Shown here in pieces: positions 13,379 through 26,622 of a DNA stretch of 64,000 nucleotides (within the stretch, counting starts at the first letter, position 1; each line of letters starts with the position of its first letter). A program made the position numbers and the translations under genes. The stretch spans positions 12,958,001 through 13,022,000 of the forward strand of contig NC_043009.1 in assembly GCF_006345805.1 (NCBI RefSeq), in the 5' to 3' direction. The notes under the pieces are model-generated. The model was not told the DNA's origin and did no database searches. It saw only the letters and a list, made by a program, of their open reading frames with translations. The DNA comes from Octopus sinensis (Eukaryota).

Positions 13379-13929
13379 ATTACTGTTCTTTGCATTGCGT
13401 GATGCCTGTTCATGACGGCCATTTTTTTGCGACCCCATCAGACTCCTTTCTCATGCTCTCGATCTCTTTCGGTTTCTATTCTATCCTCCAATAATAACCC
13501 TGCATCTTTACATTGGTATACTGATGTATATAGAATTTAATTTCTCCCTATGTTTGTATTTTTGCCAATAATGTGGAGGAAGATGAGCGATAGCATTTGT
13601 CGAGTAAGTAAGCATTTAAGCTCATGAAATTGATCTTTTGCTGGATTCCTGAAACCCGTGTACGTTATATTACGCATAGATGCCGATTGCTTGTTCTGTG
13701 TTCCTTTCTTTCTATATGCTACAAGCGAATTCCGCACACGAGCCTATCAAGCCTATAAAGAAGATTGCCGAACTCCGTCAGAAATAGGAGTGAAATATAG
13801 AACTGATCAACTCTACCCATAACATTTAGTTACGTGCCGCACATCTTCCTACGCTGATTTTGATGTATGTATGTTGTCATAAAGCGAGACAGATGAGTGA
13901 CAACCTGGCCACTGGTGGTGGTGTAACAC

Positions 13930-14185
13930 GCGATATTAATCATATCTGTCGGGCATGTGGAAGTGAGTGTAATTCGGCAGGAGGCCTTAAACGACATGCA
14001 AAGGTACATGAAGCCCAGTTATAACTACAGCCGGCTATTACCGGTAAAAGTTTTAGTTGCCAATTCTGTACAAGACATTGTAGATCTTTAGCTGGACTAA
14101 AAAGTCACATTCGATCACAGTACCAATAACAGTTAAGCTTCGTGCAATGACCATACTCGATAACGAGGGGACAGCCATCATAATG
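13930..14185 (+). pseudogene. Two C2H2-type zinc fingers with an in-frame stop; probable RTE-type LINE 3' end
   Basis: One frame: CRACGSECNSAGGLKRHAKVH (13947-14009), TAA at 14022, CQFCTRHCRSLAGLKSHIRSQ (14058-14120); then CTCGATAACGAGGGGACAGCC and a (TATG)n tail. Confidence 0.65.
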
Positions 14186-14461
14186 TATGTATGTATGTAT
14201 GTATGTATGTATGTATGTATGTATGTATGTATGTATGTATGTATTCGTGTATGTGTGAGTGCGTGCGTATGTGTATGTATATACGAAAACACACGCAAAC
14301 ATGCACATAAATACGAATGTGTGAACAAAGCTGTAGGACTCAACACATTTGATTCGAGTTATATGCATTTAATAGCAGAACGAATCAACTCAAACTGCTT
14401 TTAAATGTATATTCTATATGTATGCATGCATGCATGAATCTCTCTCTCTCTCTCTCTCTCC

Positions 14462-14532
<71 letters not shown>

Positions 14533-14620
14533 CATATAAATATATATGTATGTATGCATGTATGTATATATATATATATATACATATAAATATATATGTA
14601 TGTATGCATGTATGTATGCT

Positions 14621-14666
<46 letters not shown>

Positions 14667-15845
14667 AACACGTATACTTGAACATGTGGCCACAAATAAA
14701 AGCAAATGTATTTGCATATTTATTGGCTATGGGAAAACGGTCAATACCCAAGATTCATTAAAAAAATCCAGATTAGCGTAGGCTTAACAGGCAAAACTGA
14801 AAGCCCAACATCAACGCCATTGCATTCTTATTTTTCCTCAAAACATAGCAAAACAACCACCACCCACACATACATCTAAGTACATGCGATTGTGTAAACG
14901 AAACTAAATTTTGAATGCGATGATAACTCGCAGTATACATATACAAATATAATAAAAAAAATATGTTCATAATAATAACTATAAATGCGTGAATGCTTGT
15001 AAAAGAACCCACGACGTCCGCATAACATTCAGGAAATGGAATTTGTGGAAATTCATTACAATTATATTAGATGTTTAGTTTATTATTACACTGCCTCATG
15101 AATATTAATTCAATTGTCGTTAAAAACAATAATGTCCGAGCATTCTCCATTTTGTTTTTCCTGCCTGCATTCTGAACTTCAATCTTCGCCATGCCATCTC
15201 CCTACCAATCGCCAACCATGCTGCCCTATTGTGTATTCAAGTTCAGAGGTTTGCAAATTACCTACAACTCATGTACGCACACTAAAATCAATAGCCAACG
15301 GCACAATTTGTACATAGGAAAATCGATTACCCACAACATTTGTACACAATTTAAAGATATTTTCCCGATTTTGTTTATTCCCATTAACTCTCACCAGTGG
15401 CGCCGCCCTTAGGAAAGGGAAAAACAGAACAACAAAATAAGGAATATGTTTATCTAAAAAACAAAAGCTAAAACGAAAAAAAACCCTGGATAGTTAAAGC
15501 ATATAAAACCACGTAAGGAAATATAATACAAACTATAAAATGTAAATAAATATAATATATCGTTGATTATTTTTTATTTAATGTAAAATAATTGACTCTG
15601 ATCTTCTTCATTCCCTAACTCGTTGTGTGTGTAGATGCATGCATACATACATGTCGATGTATATATTTTTGTGTATATACATACAGACATTATATATATA
15701 TATATATGTGTGTATATATATATATATACATATATATATATGTGTATATATATATATGTATATATATATATGTATATATATATGTGTATATATATATATA
15801 TATATGTACATACACATGCATATATATACATATATATATATATGC

Positions 15846-15888
<43 letters not shown>

Positions 15889-15918
15889 TACATATGCATA
15901 TATATACATATATATACA

Positions 15919-15976
<58 letters not shown>

Positions 15977-16174
15977 TATATATATATATGTACGGTTGTG
16001 TGTATATGTGTTTATATGTACATTTGTATTGAATTGATTTTTGTTTTTGTTTTTTTTTGTTATTGGGCAGATTTATTTCGTGCTTTGCCTGGCTTTTGAT
16101 TGGGTTTTTCGCTGAAGTATTACTATTACTATCACTGTGGCTAATGAAAGCAGCAGATACTACAACAAGAACTC

Positions 16175-16211
<37 letters not shown>

Positions 16212-16435
16212 AGCTGCTGCTGCTGCTGTTGCTGCTGTCACTACTACTTCTACTACTACCACCACCGCTACTGCTACTGCTCATGCTACTGCTCCTGCTA
16301 CTGCTGCTACTGCTACTACTACTACTACTACTACTACTACTATACTACTACTACTACTATCATTAAATACCATCCGAAACGTACACTGACACAACTTATT
16401 CAAACATTACACATTTTCTATAACTTTATACACAT

Positions 16436-16475
<40 letters not shown>

Positions 16476-16808
16476 ATATATTAGTATTTTTTACCTATTT
16501 ATGCCATGTGAGTGCTGACACACTAGAGCACGCATTATATATATATATATGTGCATATTTATATATATATAGTATATATATATATATATATATGTATATA
16601 CGTATATATTTATATATACATATAAATATGCATATATACATGTAAACCACTACACAAAACTCGCACCAACACTTGTACAAGCACAACACGAACGTACACA
16701 CATGGATGCAGGCAAGTGCCCACACACACACACATGTACATGCATGTATACATTTAAACGTACGCAGAACCTCATGCAAACACATGCACACACACGAACA
16801 ACCACTCA

Positions 16809-16839
<31 letters not shown>

Positions 16840-17082
16840 TCACAAGTATGACATTTTCTTTGGACTTACTTTTTACTTGACGCTTTCTGTTTGTTTGGTC
16901 GCTTCTGAAGGCTCTTGAAATCAATTCCGAGGCATGAGGCTTAGTTTAGTATTTGTTATTCATGAATCCAATTGCACGTTGACTCAGTCGTTAATGGCTG
17001 GTGTGGCAGACGTTAGAAATGATAATTACCGTAATCTCTTTGCAAAGGTCAGCCTGATCAGGTTCTTCAGTCAACAGAGAAT

Positions 17083-17154
<72 letters not shown>

Positions 17155-17252
17155 ATTATTCGATGAGAAACAGGGAAACAAGATCCGAAATGTTCAAACC
17201 ATCCATTTACTTACCTGCTTATCTATCTATCTATTTATCTATCTATCCATCC

Positions 17253-17301
<49 letters not shown>

Positions 17302-17302
17302 A

Positions 17303-17346
<44 letters not shown>

Positions 17347-17368
17347 ATCTATCTATCTATCTACCTAC

Positions 17369-17402
<34 letters not shown>

Positions 17403-17510
17403 CTATATCTATCTATCTATCTATCTACCTACCTACCTACCTACCTACCTACCTATGTATCTATCTATCTATCTATCTAATATATCTATCTATCTATCTA
17501 TCTATGTATC
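14183..17510. repeat. Dense microsatellite field: (TATG)n, (TA)n, (CTA/CTG)n, (CA)n, (TATC)n
   Basis: Arrays at ~14183-14245, 14418-14660, 15630-15990, 16165-16360, 17085-17152, 17180-17510, separated by unique spacers. Confidence 0.92.
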
Positions 17511-20407
17511 TATGTGTGAGTGTCTGTATGTATATGCATCTCTCCATCCATTCATGCATGCATAGGAACACATACACATACGTATTTACATATACATGTA
17601 TACATACATAAATACATTTGTACACACACATATATACATACATAAATACATATACACACATACATAGATTCAAGCATGTATGCACACATACCCACATACA
17701 CACCCATATATACACAAACGTACATACTATGTACACGCAAATACACTAACACACTAATACACACAATCATACACACACTTGTGAGTAAGTCTCTGTATGC
17801 GCGTATCGAAAGGGTGTTTCAAGATGTAATAATGTAATATTGAAATAACACAAGGTTTATTAGATTTTCCAGATATTATTTCGATGATAATATATCTTTA
17901 TCAAATATTACAGTGAAATGAAAAGATTCATGACTGTCGATGCATAATCGAACAGGTTTGAACTCGTAAATGCTCCCTGAAGTAATCTTCTTGATCAACT
18001 GGTCGTCTTTCTTCGAATTCGTTCAAATTTCACTTTATTGTAGGTGGATGACAATGCTTCGTTTTACACACCCCACTTTTAATATTCAAACTTTTTCTCA
18101 TCTGTAAATTATTAGCAGAGAAAACCTTATGGATTTGTATATATATTGTATAAGATCGGTTTAAATAGATGAAAGCTTATCTTAAGCTGAACACAATTCA
18201 CCTGTTAATTCTGCCGTCTGATTCCTGATGTGAAATTCGCATGTTCAGTATATGAAAGAGCATGCATGATGCTGTTGTGCTGTTATGGTATCTCAGCTTC
18301 TTTGTTCTGCCCATTATCTCCCTATTAGTGGCAGATTTTCTTATATGAATGAGAATCGTTTCGTCATATAAATTTAATTTTTCTGCTGAAAAGAGAATTT
18401 GACAATCGAAGCATTGACAATTTTGGAAACCTGTACAGATTCAATGATGCCAGAAACGAAATAAACTGTTTTACTTGAAACGCAAACAAAATAACAACAG
18501 CTACACCACCACCAACAATAACAATAGCAACAACAACAACAATTTCATGGAATTATAACATGCAAGACAAATAAAATAGCAAAGGGAAATTTACATTGCT
18601 CGACCTCTATGTGTAAAATCTTCACACTATATGTTACCGTATTACATTAATAACAAAAATAAGGGATACTGGAGTAATTGTTACACTATGTTACACATTT
18701 CTTAATGGTGTCCCTTGGATTAGGCCCAATCTGGAATTAAAACGACAACAAGGAAAACAAGGCAAAAACATAAGAAGAACAAACTCCCCGCTGTCGATTT
18801 AGTCAGAGGTGAACCATGATGTAATTGTAAGAAGACACGGTGTGATTTAAGTGAGATTTAACAGTTAACGAAGTGGCTGTCAAAACGTCCGGAAAGTGAT
18901 GAATCATTTAGTAGGCTATACACCTAGCCACATCTACAAAAGATCTGTTGGTATGTTAGAAATATCTCATCTCTGCTAGATATAGTAACCAAAACTTCTT
19001 GTAATAGTATGGGTATTTTCGATGATGCGATCATAACCCATACAGACGGAAAGAATGGTCTAAATTGGAATGTTTTTGTATTTGTGCCTGTTTGGTAAGT
19101 TTTTACCCTGGTTAAAACAGCAATAACAGCAACAAAATAACTCAAGTAACAATAGTATTAAAAATCGCAATTTTTTCTATCTTACAAGATACACACACAT
19201 ATATTGGTACATAGATATACATACATACACGTGTGCATATATGTATATATACATACACACATACACACACAACACACACACCTATATATACATACACACA
19301 TATATGCTCGCACACACACTCACATACATAATTACATACATACATAAATACATACATACATGTATACATACATACATACATAAATACATGTATACATACA
19401 TACATACATACATACATACATACATACATACATACATACATACATACATGCAGTACATATATACACATATATATAGTTTTAAATTTTTAAGAAATATATC
19501 TTGGAGATATTTTAAATGTAATAATTCGGAATTTTGTTATAAAGAAAAAGGGAATGTTTATACATGGAATTTAGATATTATAAAAAGTGAGGAACTAACA
19601 GAGAGTATGAGCAAAGGGACAAAATATAGAGAACAAGGTAATATTAGTAAATGTAATTTAAAGAAAGCTGTATTAAAAGCCATTAATGATTTCATTGTTA
19701 AATTAAGCCTCAAACGTAAAGTTAAATTGGAGGAGCTCAATAGCAGGGTTAGCAGATTACCTTGTGTGGTTTTTAAGCATATAAAGAAATATAATAAGTG
19801 AATAGAGAAATATTCAGTTTTGAATAAGCCACTTGTTAGAAAGTATATAAATGAATTACGTAAAAAGCATGTGATAGCGCCAGCGGATAAAGCGGATAAT
19901 TTTGTAGTAATTTGTTTAAAAAAATATCATATGATAGTTGTTGGTGTGGAGTTAGGAGTAGATAAAGAATTTAAATTTATAGCTAACAACACATACAAAG
20001 TTATACAGGTAAACGTTAATGAGATAGTTAATAGACGTATACCTACAGCAGAAAGATTGAGTGGTTTAGAAATGTAAGAAAAGGATAAAAATAGCCCTAA
20101 ACATATTTGGATTCCTAAACTGCGTAAAGTTCTCTTTCAAAGTAGATTCATAGCAGAAACTACTAATTGTACCCCTAAACAGCTATCTATATTGGTTAAT
20201 GATACTTTAAAAGTAGTTGGAACATATTAAAAAAAAACATCGTGATATTTTTGGAGTATTAGATCAAGTAAGGAGTTTCTGGATAGACTGGTTAAACGCA
20301 AGAAGGTAAAGAGTATGTGTGTTTAAGATTTTTCGAAGCTATATCCAAACTTAAATCTTAAATGTGTAGAAGGTATTAGATATTATGTTTAATAAAATAT
20401 ATAAATA

Positions 20408-20824
20408 GGCGCAGGAGTGGCTGTGTGGTAAGTAGCTTGCTAACCAACCACATGGTTCCGGGTTCAGTCCCACTGCGTGGCATCTTGGGCAAGTGTCTTC
20501 TGCTATAGCCCCGGGCCGACCAATGTCTTGTGAGTGGATTTGGTAGACGGAAACTGAAAGAAGCCTGTCGTATATATGTATATATATATATAAGTGTGTG
20601 TGTATATGTTTGTGTGTCTGTGTTTGTCCCCCTAGCACTGCTTGACAACTGATGCTGGTATGTTTACGTCCCCGTCACTTAGCGGTTCGGCAAAAAGAGA
20701 CCGATAGAATAAGTACTGGGCTTACAAAGAATAAGTCCCGGGGTCGATTTGCTCGACTAAAGGCGGTGCTCCAGCATGGCCACAGTCAAATGACTGAAAC
20801 AAGTAAAAGAGTAAAAAGAGTAAA
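20408..20824 (+). mobile_element. tRNA-derived SINE, family B, full length
   Basis: A box TGGCTGTGTGGT; B box GGTTCAGTCCC; internal (TA)/(TG) tract; 3' GGCGGTGCTCCAGCATGGCC and a GAGTAAAA-type tail. Confidence 0.9.
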
Positions 20825-21474
20825 TGTATATCTATAAATAATGGTAAAATTTTCATGTCTAATTGTTGATATAAGGGATATACTAATATAAATAAGAGAA
20901 AGATAAGAAGGGATATTCTAATATAAATAAGAGAAAGATGGTAAGTTTTATTGTTAATAATTCGTTTGTAGTGTTTGCGGGCAGGGTGTTTGAGTAGGTT
21001 AGAGGAATTCCAATGGATGGCCCCTATTGGTGGACCTTTATCTTTCTTCCTGCGAGTTCCTTTCTCTGAAAGACCTATGTGCGAGGAAAAAACTTGGTTT
21101 GCTTAAACAATTTAATGGATGCTGCTGAACATATATGATATGTTTGTACTTAATTATGGTTTCTTTGAATTTTTACTTATAATAATATAATTTTGGGAGA
21201 TTAAGGCCATAATAATATAAAGAATGTTAATTATTCAAAGGTCAAATTTAGTAATTAAGAATAATAATGAGATATGTACTGACATTTATAATAAAACAGA
21301 TAAAACAGGTAACACGTTAGTGGTAATACTTTATATTTTATATTATCTTTTAAGCAGTTAATTATTTAGCTTTAATCGTAACAAGGTTTGTAATAATAAT
21401 TGTTAATTATACGTATTACTTCATTAGTTTCTAAATTAATAAGAATATTTTGCTATAATCTATGAAATTTTCAA

Positions 21475-21809
21475 GACGCATGGCCCAGTGTTTAGAGCGT
21501 CGAACTTACGATCGTGAAGTTGTGAGTTCGATTCCTGGACCGGGCTGCGTGTTGTGATCTTGAGCAAGACACATTATTTCACGTTGCTCCAGTTAACTCA
21601 GCTGTAGAAATGAGTTGCGACATCACTGGTACCAAGCTGTATCGGCCCCTTTGCGTTTCCTTTGGATAACATCAGTAGTGTGGAGAGGAGAGGCTGGTAT
21701 GCATGGGCGACTACTGGTTTTCCATAAACAACCTTGCCCGGACTTGTACCCCGGAGGGTAACTATCTAGGTGCAATCCCATGGTCATTCATGACCGAAGG
21801 GGGTTTCCC
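21475..21809 (+). mobile_element. tRNA-derived SINE, family C
   Basis: TGGCCCAGTGTT and GAGTTCGATTCCT boxes; central GAGCAAGACAC...CAGCTGTAGAAATGAGT; imperfect TSD AATCTATGAAATT (21457) / AATCTATTGAATT (21810). Confidence 0.85.
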
Positions 21810-22373
21810 AATCTATTGAATTACTGCTATAAGTTTAACATTAAAGCATGTAAGGATAACGAATATTTTATAAGTTTGGAGTTGTTTAAATATTACCTTT
21901 AGGGTTATGAAATAGTGGAATTCACATAGAGTTAGTCATATTATTAATTACGTTCAATCGAGTTTGTTTTTGGAAGGAATAGAATATAAAAGCTTTCACT
22001 TTCATATTAATAACTATGGAAGGCTGGTGGGAATATTATCTATATGGACTTCAAGGGCTATGTTGCGATTTAGTTAGATAATTTGTGTTAGTTATAGGTT
22101 TACTTATAGAATAAATTTACCGATACTGTTTTTGTACGTAGAATAAATGTGATTTCTTTGTTGCAGTTTAATTAATAATGTTATCGTTTAATTCTTCCTA
22201 GAATTAAGACTGAATGAATGCGGTGATATCTAAGGTATGTTTGTTCCCAAACAACATTTATTTTAGTGCTGTTAACACTGCCGGATTGAATGGTCCTGCC
22301 AAGATGTCGAAATCATAATGATATTTGTGGGGCAGCTGAGGTGTGTTGGATTGTTGGTATGGCTGTTATTATA

Positions 22374-25300
22374 TGATTGATTGATTGATTGATTGATTCT
22401 AGTTTCAGCGTATGAGCTGTGGCCATGCTGGGGCACCGCCATTTGGTGTTGCTACTTGGTTTCACTTCATGGAGGCTTTCTAGCAACTGCTATTTGGTGC
22501 ATGAGAGAGTTCGATGCAGCTGCCCTCATCTGCCCCTCCTGCCGTGAAGTTGGTTCATCTGGGACACCTGACAGGAAGAGATCCAGCTTCATTTTAAAGA
22601 CATCTGTATCCACCCCATGCAGGTCTCTCAGGTTCTTCGGGAGGATATTGAAGAGCTGTGGGCCTCGGAAGCCCAGGCTATCACAGAATCTTGTCCTACA
22701 TCTTGATGGCAGGTTTGGAGTCCTACGCACCACGCAGTGGCGCCCAGTTCTGGCATTTGCGTAACTCTCGATGCCAAAGTTCAGGACACTTCCCTCCAGG
22801 ATCTTCCAGATGTATATTATGGCATATCTTTCCCGCCTACGCTCCAGGGAATATAATTTTAATCTCTTGAGTCTTTCCCAGTAGCTTACATTCTGCATAG
22901 AGGCTATCTTCTTTGTGTAGCTTCGTTGGGTCGCCTCAAGTTCTGTGATCACTTGACACTGGATGGTGACCATAGCTGAGAGCAATAGTCAAAGTGGCTT
23001 AGGACAAGTGTCTTCCAGAGGACCATCATGGTTTCTTGTTCTCTTGTTCTAAAGGTTCTAAGAATCCATCCAGCCAGCCGTCTACATTTCAGTGTCAGTT
23101 TAGCAACATGTACATGAAAGGTCGCGTCATCACTCATGTGAATACCCAGGTCACGCACTGATTGTGCCTCTGGGATTGCAATCCCTCCGGGTCCAGTGTA
23201 TTCATTGGGTATTGCATTCAGTTTTGCATGCTGATAGTATAAAGCTTGAAACTTTCCAGCATTGAACTGCATGCTATTCTTTTCAGCCCACTTGTATATT
23301 TCGTCCAGCTCACATTGCAGGTGTTTAGTGTCCTCAGGGTTCTGTATTGCCTGTGAAACTTTTGTATCATCTGCATAACTTGTGATCGTGGCTCTCTGCG
23401 TGGCTGAGGGCATGTCTGAGAGGGCCATTATGAACAGTAGTGGTCCCAGAACAGTGCCCTGCGGAACACCGCTCACTATTTGTGTGTTAATGGAGGTGGC
23501 CCCATTGGCTACTACCACCTGACTTCTATCCTTCAGAAAGTCATGAAGCCATTCTCCCAGTTTTCCAACTATGTTGAGATCACGCAGTTTGTGACATATC
23601 ATTCCATGATCGACTTTATCAAAGGCCTTTGCAAAGTCGAGATATATCACTTCCACATTTGAGTGGTTGAGCAGCCGTTTCAGCACCCAGTCATAGTGTT
23701 GTAGGAGCTGAGTTAAACAGCTTCTCCCTGGTCGGAAACCATGTTGGGTGTCGGGCAGCAAGTCTTCTCTTCAAGGAAGGTGATCAGCTTCCTTCTGACT
23801 ATTCGTTCCATGACCTTGCTGATGTGTGAGGTCAGAGAGATAGGTCTATAGTTCTTGGCTTCCGCTCTGCTACCTCCTTTATGAATGGGGCATATTTTAC
23901 CTTCCTTCAGTTTTCCTGGAAGTTTGCCAGCTGCAAGGAAGCTCTGAAAGAGGAACTGCAGTGGTCTTGCTAGGACTCTCTTACATGCTTTTAGGAGGAT
24001 TGCCGGGAATCCATCGGGGCCAGTAGCTGAGTCTGTTTTCATTTCATCTATAGCCTTGGTTACATCTTCTTCCTTTATATCGATGTAATCTATCGTCGCC
24101 GCCTCTGATTTTATATCTGCAGTGTTAAAAAAGTCAGTTGGATTGGTGATTTGGAGATGCCCATTGCTCATTCAGTATTTCACTTACCCTCATTGGTTTT
24201 CCTGTAAGTGTGCCATCCTTTTCGAGGAGTGGCCCTATTCTACAGTGCACTGTAGCTGTTTCTTTGGCATAACTGTAGAAAGCTCTGGGGTTAGATTTTA
24301 TGTTTTCTATAGCCCAGGCTTCTCTGTCTGCTCTTTCTTTTTCATGGGAGAGTTGCAGACATTTTTCGATTTCCAACAGTTTTATTTTTAGGCGGGACTT
24401 TTCACTGCTTTCAATCTGTTTGTTTAGGCGATTTGAAAATTTCGTACGCCGTCTCATTAAAATTTTCCTCTCTCTGGGGATTTTGTTCTTGTGTACAGTG
24501 GCCTTTCTCTCTGGGACACATTTGTAGCATATGGCTTGCATTACAGACATGAATTGTTGAAGTTTCGCGTCGATGTCTGGCGAGGAGAGACATTTAGGCC
24601 AGTTTTGTTTGAGGATCTCTTTCTCAATTTGTTTCCAGTTTGCCTTATGGTAGTTCAAGCTGGAAAGATTTTGAGGGTTTCTTGTAGGCTGCATGTCCGT
24701 GCTCTCTTTTGGCCCGTACATGGTCAGCTCTATCATGTTGTGATCCGAGAGTAGTGTCGGTGTCACTTTCACATTATGGATGAGATCCATGTCATTTGTG
24801 AAGCAGAGATCCAGTGTGTTTCCTGCCCTGGTTGGTTGGAGTATTACCTGCTCCATGTACAGGGTGTTGATGAGGTTCAGGAGGGACCTCGCCTGTCCTC
24901 GTTCACATCTTGTCATTCCTGGGAGAGAAAGGCCCTCGGGCCATCTGACATTGGGCAGATTGAAGTCTCCCATAAGAAGCACACCTATGTGTTGTTCTAA
25001 TGTGGTTAGAATTTCTTCTATTTTTATAAGGCAGTCTTCAAACTTGCCCACATGGCTTGGGGCATCTGGAGGGCGATATGTAGCACACACAACTACATCA
25101 AGTTGCCTGATATGTACAATTAGTGTGTCACACACCGAGTTTGAGTATGACAAGAGGACCTGGGGTGTGAGGTCCTCACGGATGTACATAGCAACACCTC
25201 CATGACTCCTTTCTTTCCTGTCGGTCCGTAGTACAGCATACTGTGGTATGTGTAACTCCGCATCTGCTATGTCCGGTTTCAGGTGCGTTTCTGTAAGTGC

Positions 25301-25755
25301 TATGCATAAGGCTTGATTGCATGCAACAAAGTCTCTCAGGAACGGGATCTTTGTCCTGTTACTGAGTGTTTGCAGTCCTCTGATGTTCAGTAGGAGTATC
25401 GAGGTGAGGTGTACGTTGTTGCCGGCGGTGTCCATCCTGTGTCTGTTTGCTGTGGTGGTCTGGTATATAGTGGGTAGTCCCACCTGCGGGCTTGGGTTTG
25501 ATGAAGCCAGGTCAGCTGCTGTACAATCTTTTGTGCCATGCACAAAAAAGATTGTTGCTCAGCAGCTGCTGTTTCGACAACATCATGTTGGCTGTTTGTG
25601 GCGCGCACAACATCTGCGTACCTCCGCTTTGGGGCAGGTGGTGCGTGGTCCATCCCTTTTCTTTGTGTTGATGGTTTGTCCATCTGCCTCGTGTCTCTGT
25701 GGCAGGGTCCCCGATGTGCAAAGCGGCAGAATAGTGCAGAATATGTGCAGAATAG
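22374..25755 (-). mobile_element. CR1/L2-group LINE, 5'-truncated, with (AATC)n tail
   Basis: GC-richer 3.4-kb block with APE and RT motifs; (GATT)n at 22374-22398; possible ORF1 remnant at 25390-25755. Confidence 0.92.
22467..25543 (-). pseudogene. LINE ORF2 (APE endonuclease + reverse transcriptase), broken by about three frameshifts
   Basis: LLNIRGL, LTETHL, GGVAMY, GDFNLP, LDLCFTN, SDHNMI; NYRPISLTS, QHGFRPGRSC, YLDFAKAFDKVDH, SGVPQGTVLGPLLF, YADDTK; SYWERLKRLKLYSLERRRER; frame changes near 24160, 23760 and 22970. Confidence 0.92.
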
Positions 25756-25959
25756 TTTTATAAGACAGCCATTTGATGTAGGTATATATATACACATACA
25801 TGCATATACGTATTTACATATGTCGTTTCATGACTATATCTCTTCAGTAGTTCTGATATTCTGGAGCGAATGTCTACAAACTTTTACATTTTTATCCTTT
25901 CATCACAATCGCAATTGCTTCTCTTCCTTAAAACATTGGAAACAGTCTAAAAAGATAAA

Positions 25960-26160
25960 GATCAATTGCATCTGTCTTTATCGTTTTCTTGTTTCAGTCA
26001 TTGTACTGCGGCCATGCTCGGGTACCGCCTTGGACAGCTGTAGACGAACGAATGGACCTGACCACTTATTTGTAAAGCCTGGTACTTACTGTATCGGGTC
26101 TCTTGGCGAGCTGCAGGAAACAATTCAATACCGTTGTCAAGCTGTGGTGGGGGACAAGAA
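25960..26160 (-). mobile_element. Diverged family-B SINE 3' portion
   Basis: TTGTTTCAGTCATTGTACTGCGGCCATGCTCGGGTACCGCC is the reverse complement of the family-B tail. Confidence 0.75.
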
Positions 26161-26199
26161 AGGCATGAAAATTAAAAACATCTACCATCTAATTTAGTT

Positions 26200-26266
26200 C
26201 CTAGACCATAGTTTCTGACTAATTTCAGTAAAAACATATTTACTGAGGCCAGTTTTCATCAGTAGG
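26200..26266 (-). ncRNA. Type I hammerhead ribozyme motif with GUC cleavage site
   Basis: Minus strand: CCUA-CUGAUGA-[long stem II incl. UCAGUAAA/UUUACUGA]-GAAA-C-UAUG-GUC-UAGG; stem I CCUA/UAGG. Confidence 0.75.
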
Positions 26267-26622
26267 TAGCCTTTAGATTTTAAATATACACACAACTAGA
26301 TCCGCATATAAACTCGTTGCCTGTATATTCTAACTTTTAAAATCCACTGCGCAGATACAGTTCATTTCCGGCGACAGAGAGGATGCCGGTAAAATTTCGA
26401 ACAATTCTATCAAAAAATATTTAAGCATAATAAATAATATTAGGGAAATAAGAATTATAGAAATTATTATTACCAGTGGCCTAGCACAAAAACATTAGTC
26501 AATAGACTATATACTGTTCACATAAAAATATCGTGTATATTAGAACACATTAAGAGGCTTCCAAATAGGAAAGCCTTGTGCTACAAAGAGGAGTAGAAAA
26601 AATATCATAAAAAACTTTTTTT

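Larger units (their letters stand above)
19480..22200 (+). pseudogene. Decayed Penelope-like element (PLE) reverse transcriptase, interrupted by two SINEs
   Basis: VIAPADKADNFVVICLKKY; PKHIWIPKLRKVLFQSRFIAETTNCTPKQLS (~20096-20200); DFSKLYPNL (~20327); FIVNNSFVVFAGRVFE*VRGIPMDG (~20945-21020). These match PLE RT motifs ADK, PKLHK-RFI, DFxxLYTN and GIPMG. Confidence 0.8.

Noticed and set aside
15191-15412. ORF containing LYIGKS, resembling GIY-YIG
   Set aside because: Only a 3-residue match, with no upstream GIY-like motif or conserved Arg/Glu.
18200-18320. Minus-strand 39-codon ORF ending at AG|GTGAAT
   Set aside because: A short ORF with a moderate donor is expected by chance; no homology recognised.
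22270-22335. CTGCCAAGA-TGTC-GAAATCATAATGATA at the PLE 3' end, hammerhead-like
   Set aside because: The core is mutated at two positions, stem II is not feasible and there is no stem I.
25812-25850. Minus-strand CTGAAGA...GAAAC with downstream ACATATGTA
   Set aside because: Stem II has only 2 bp and stem I does not pair; at best a decayed relic.
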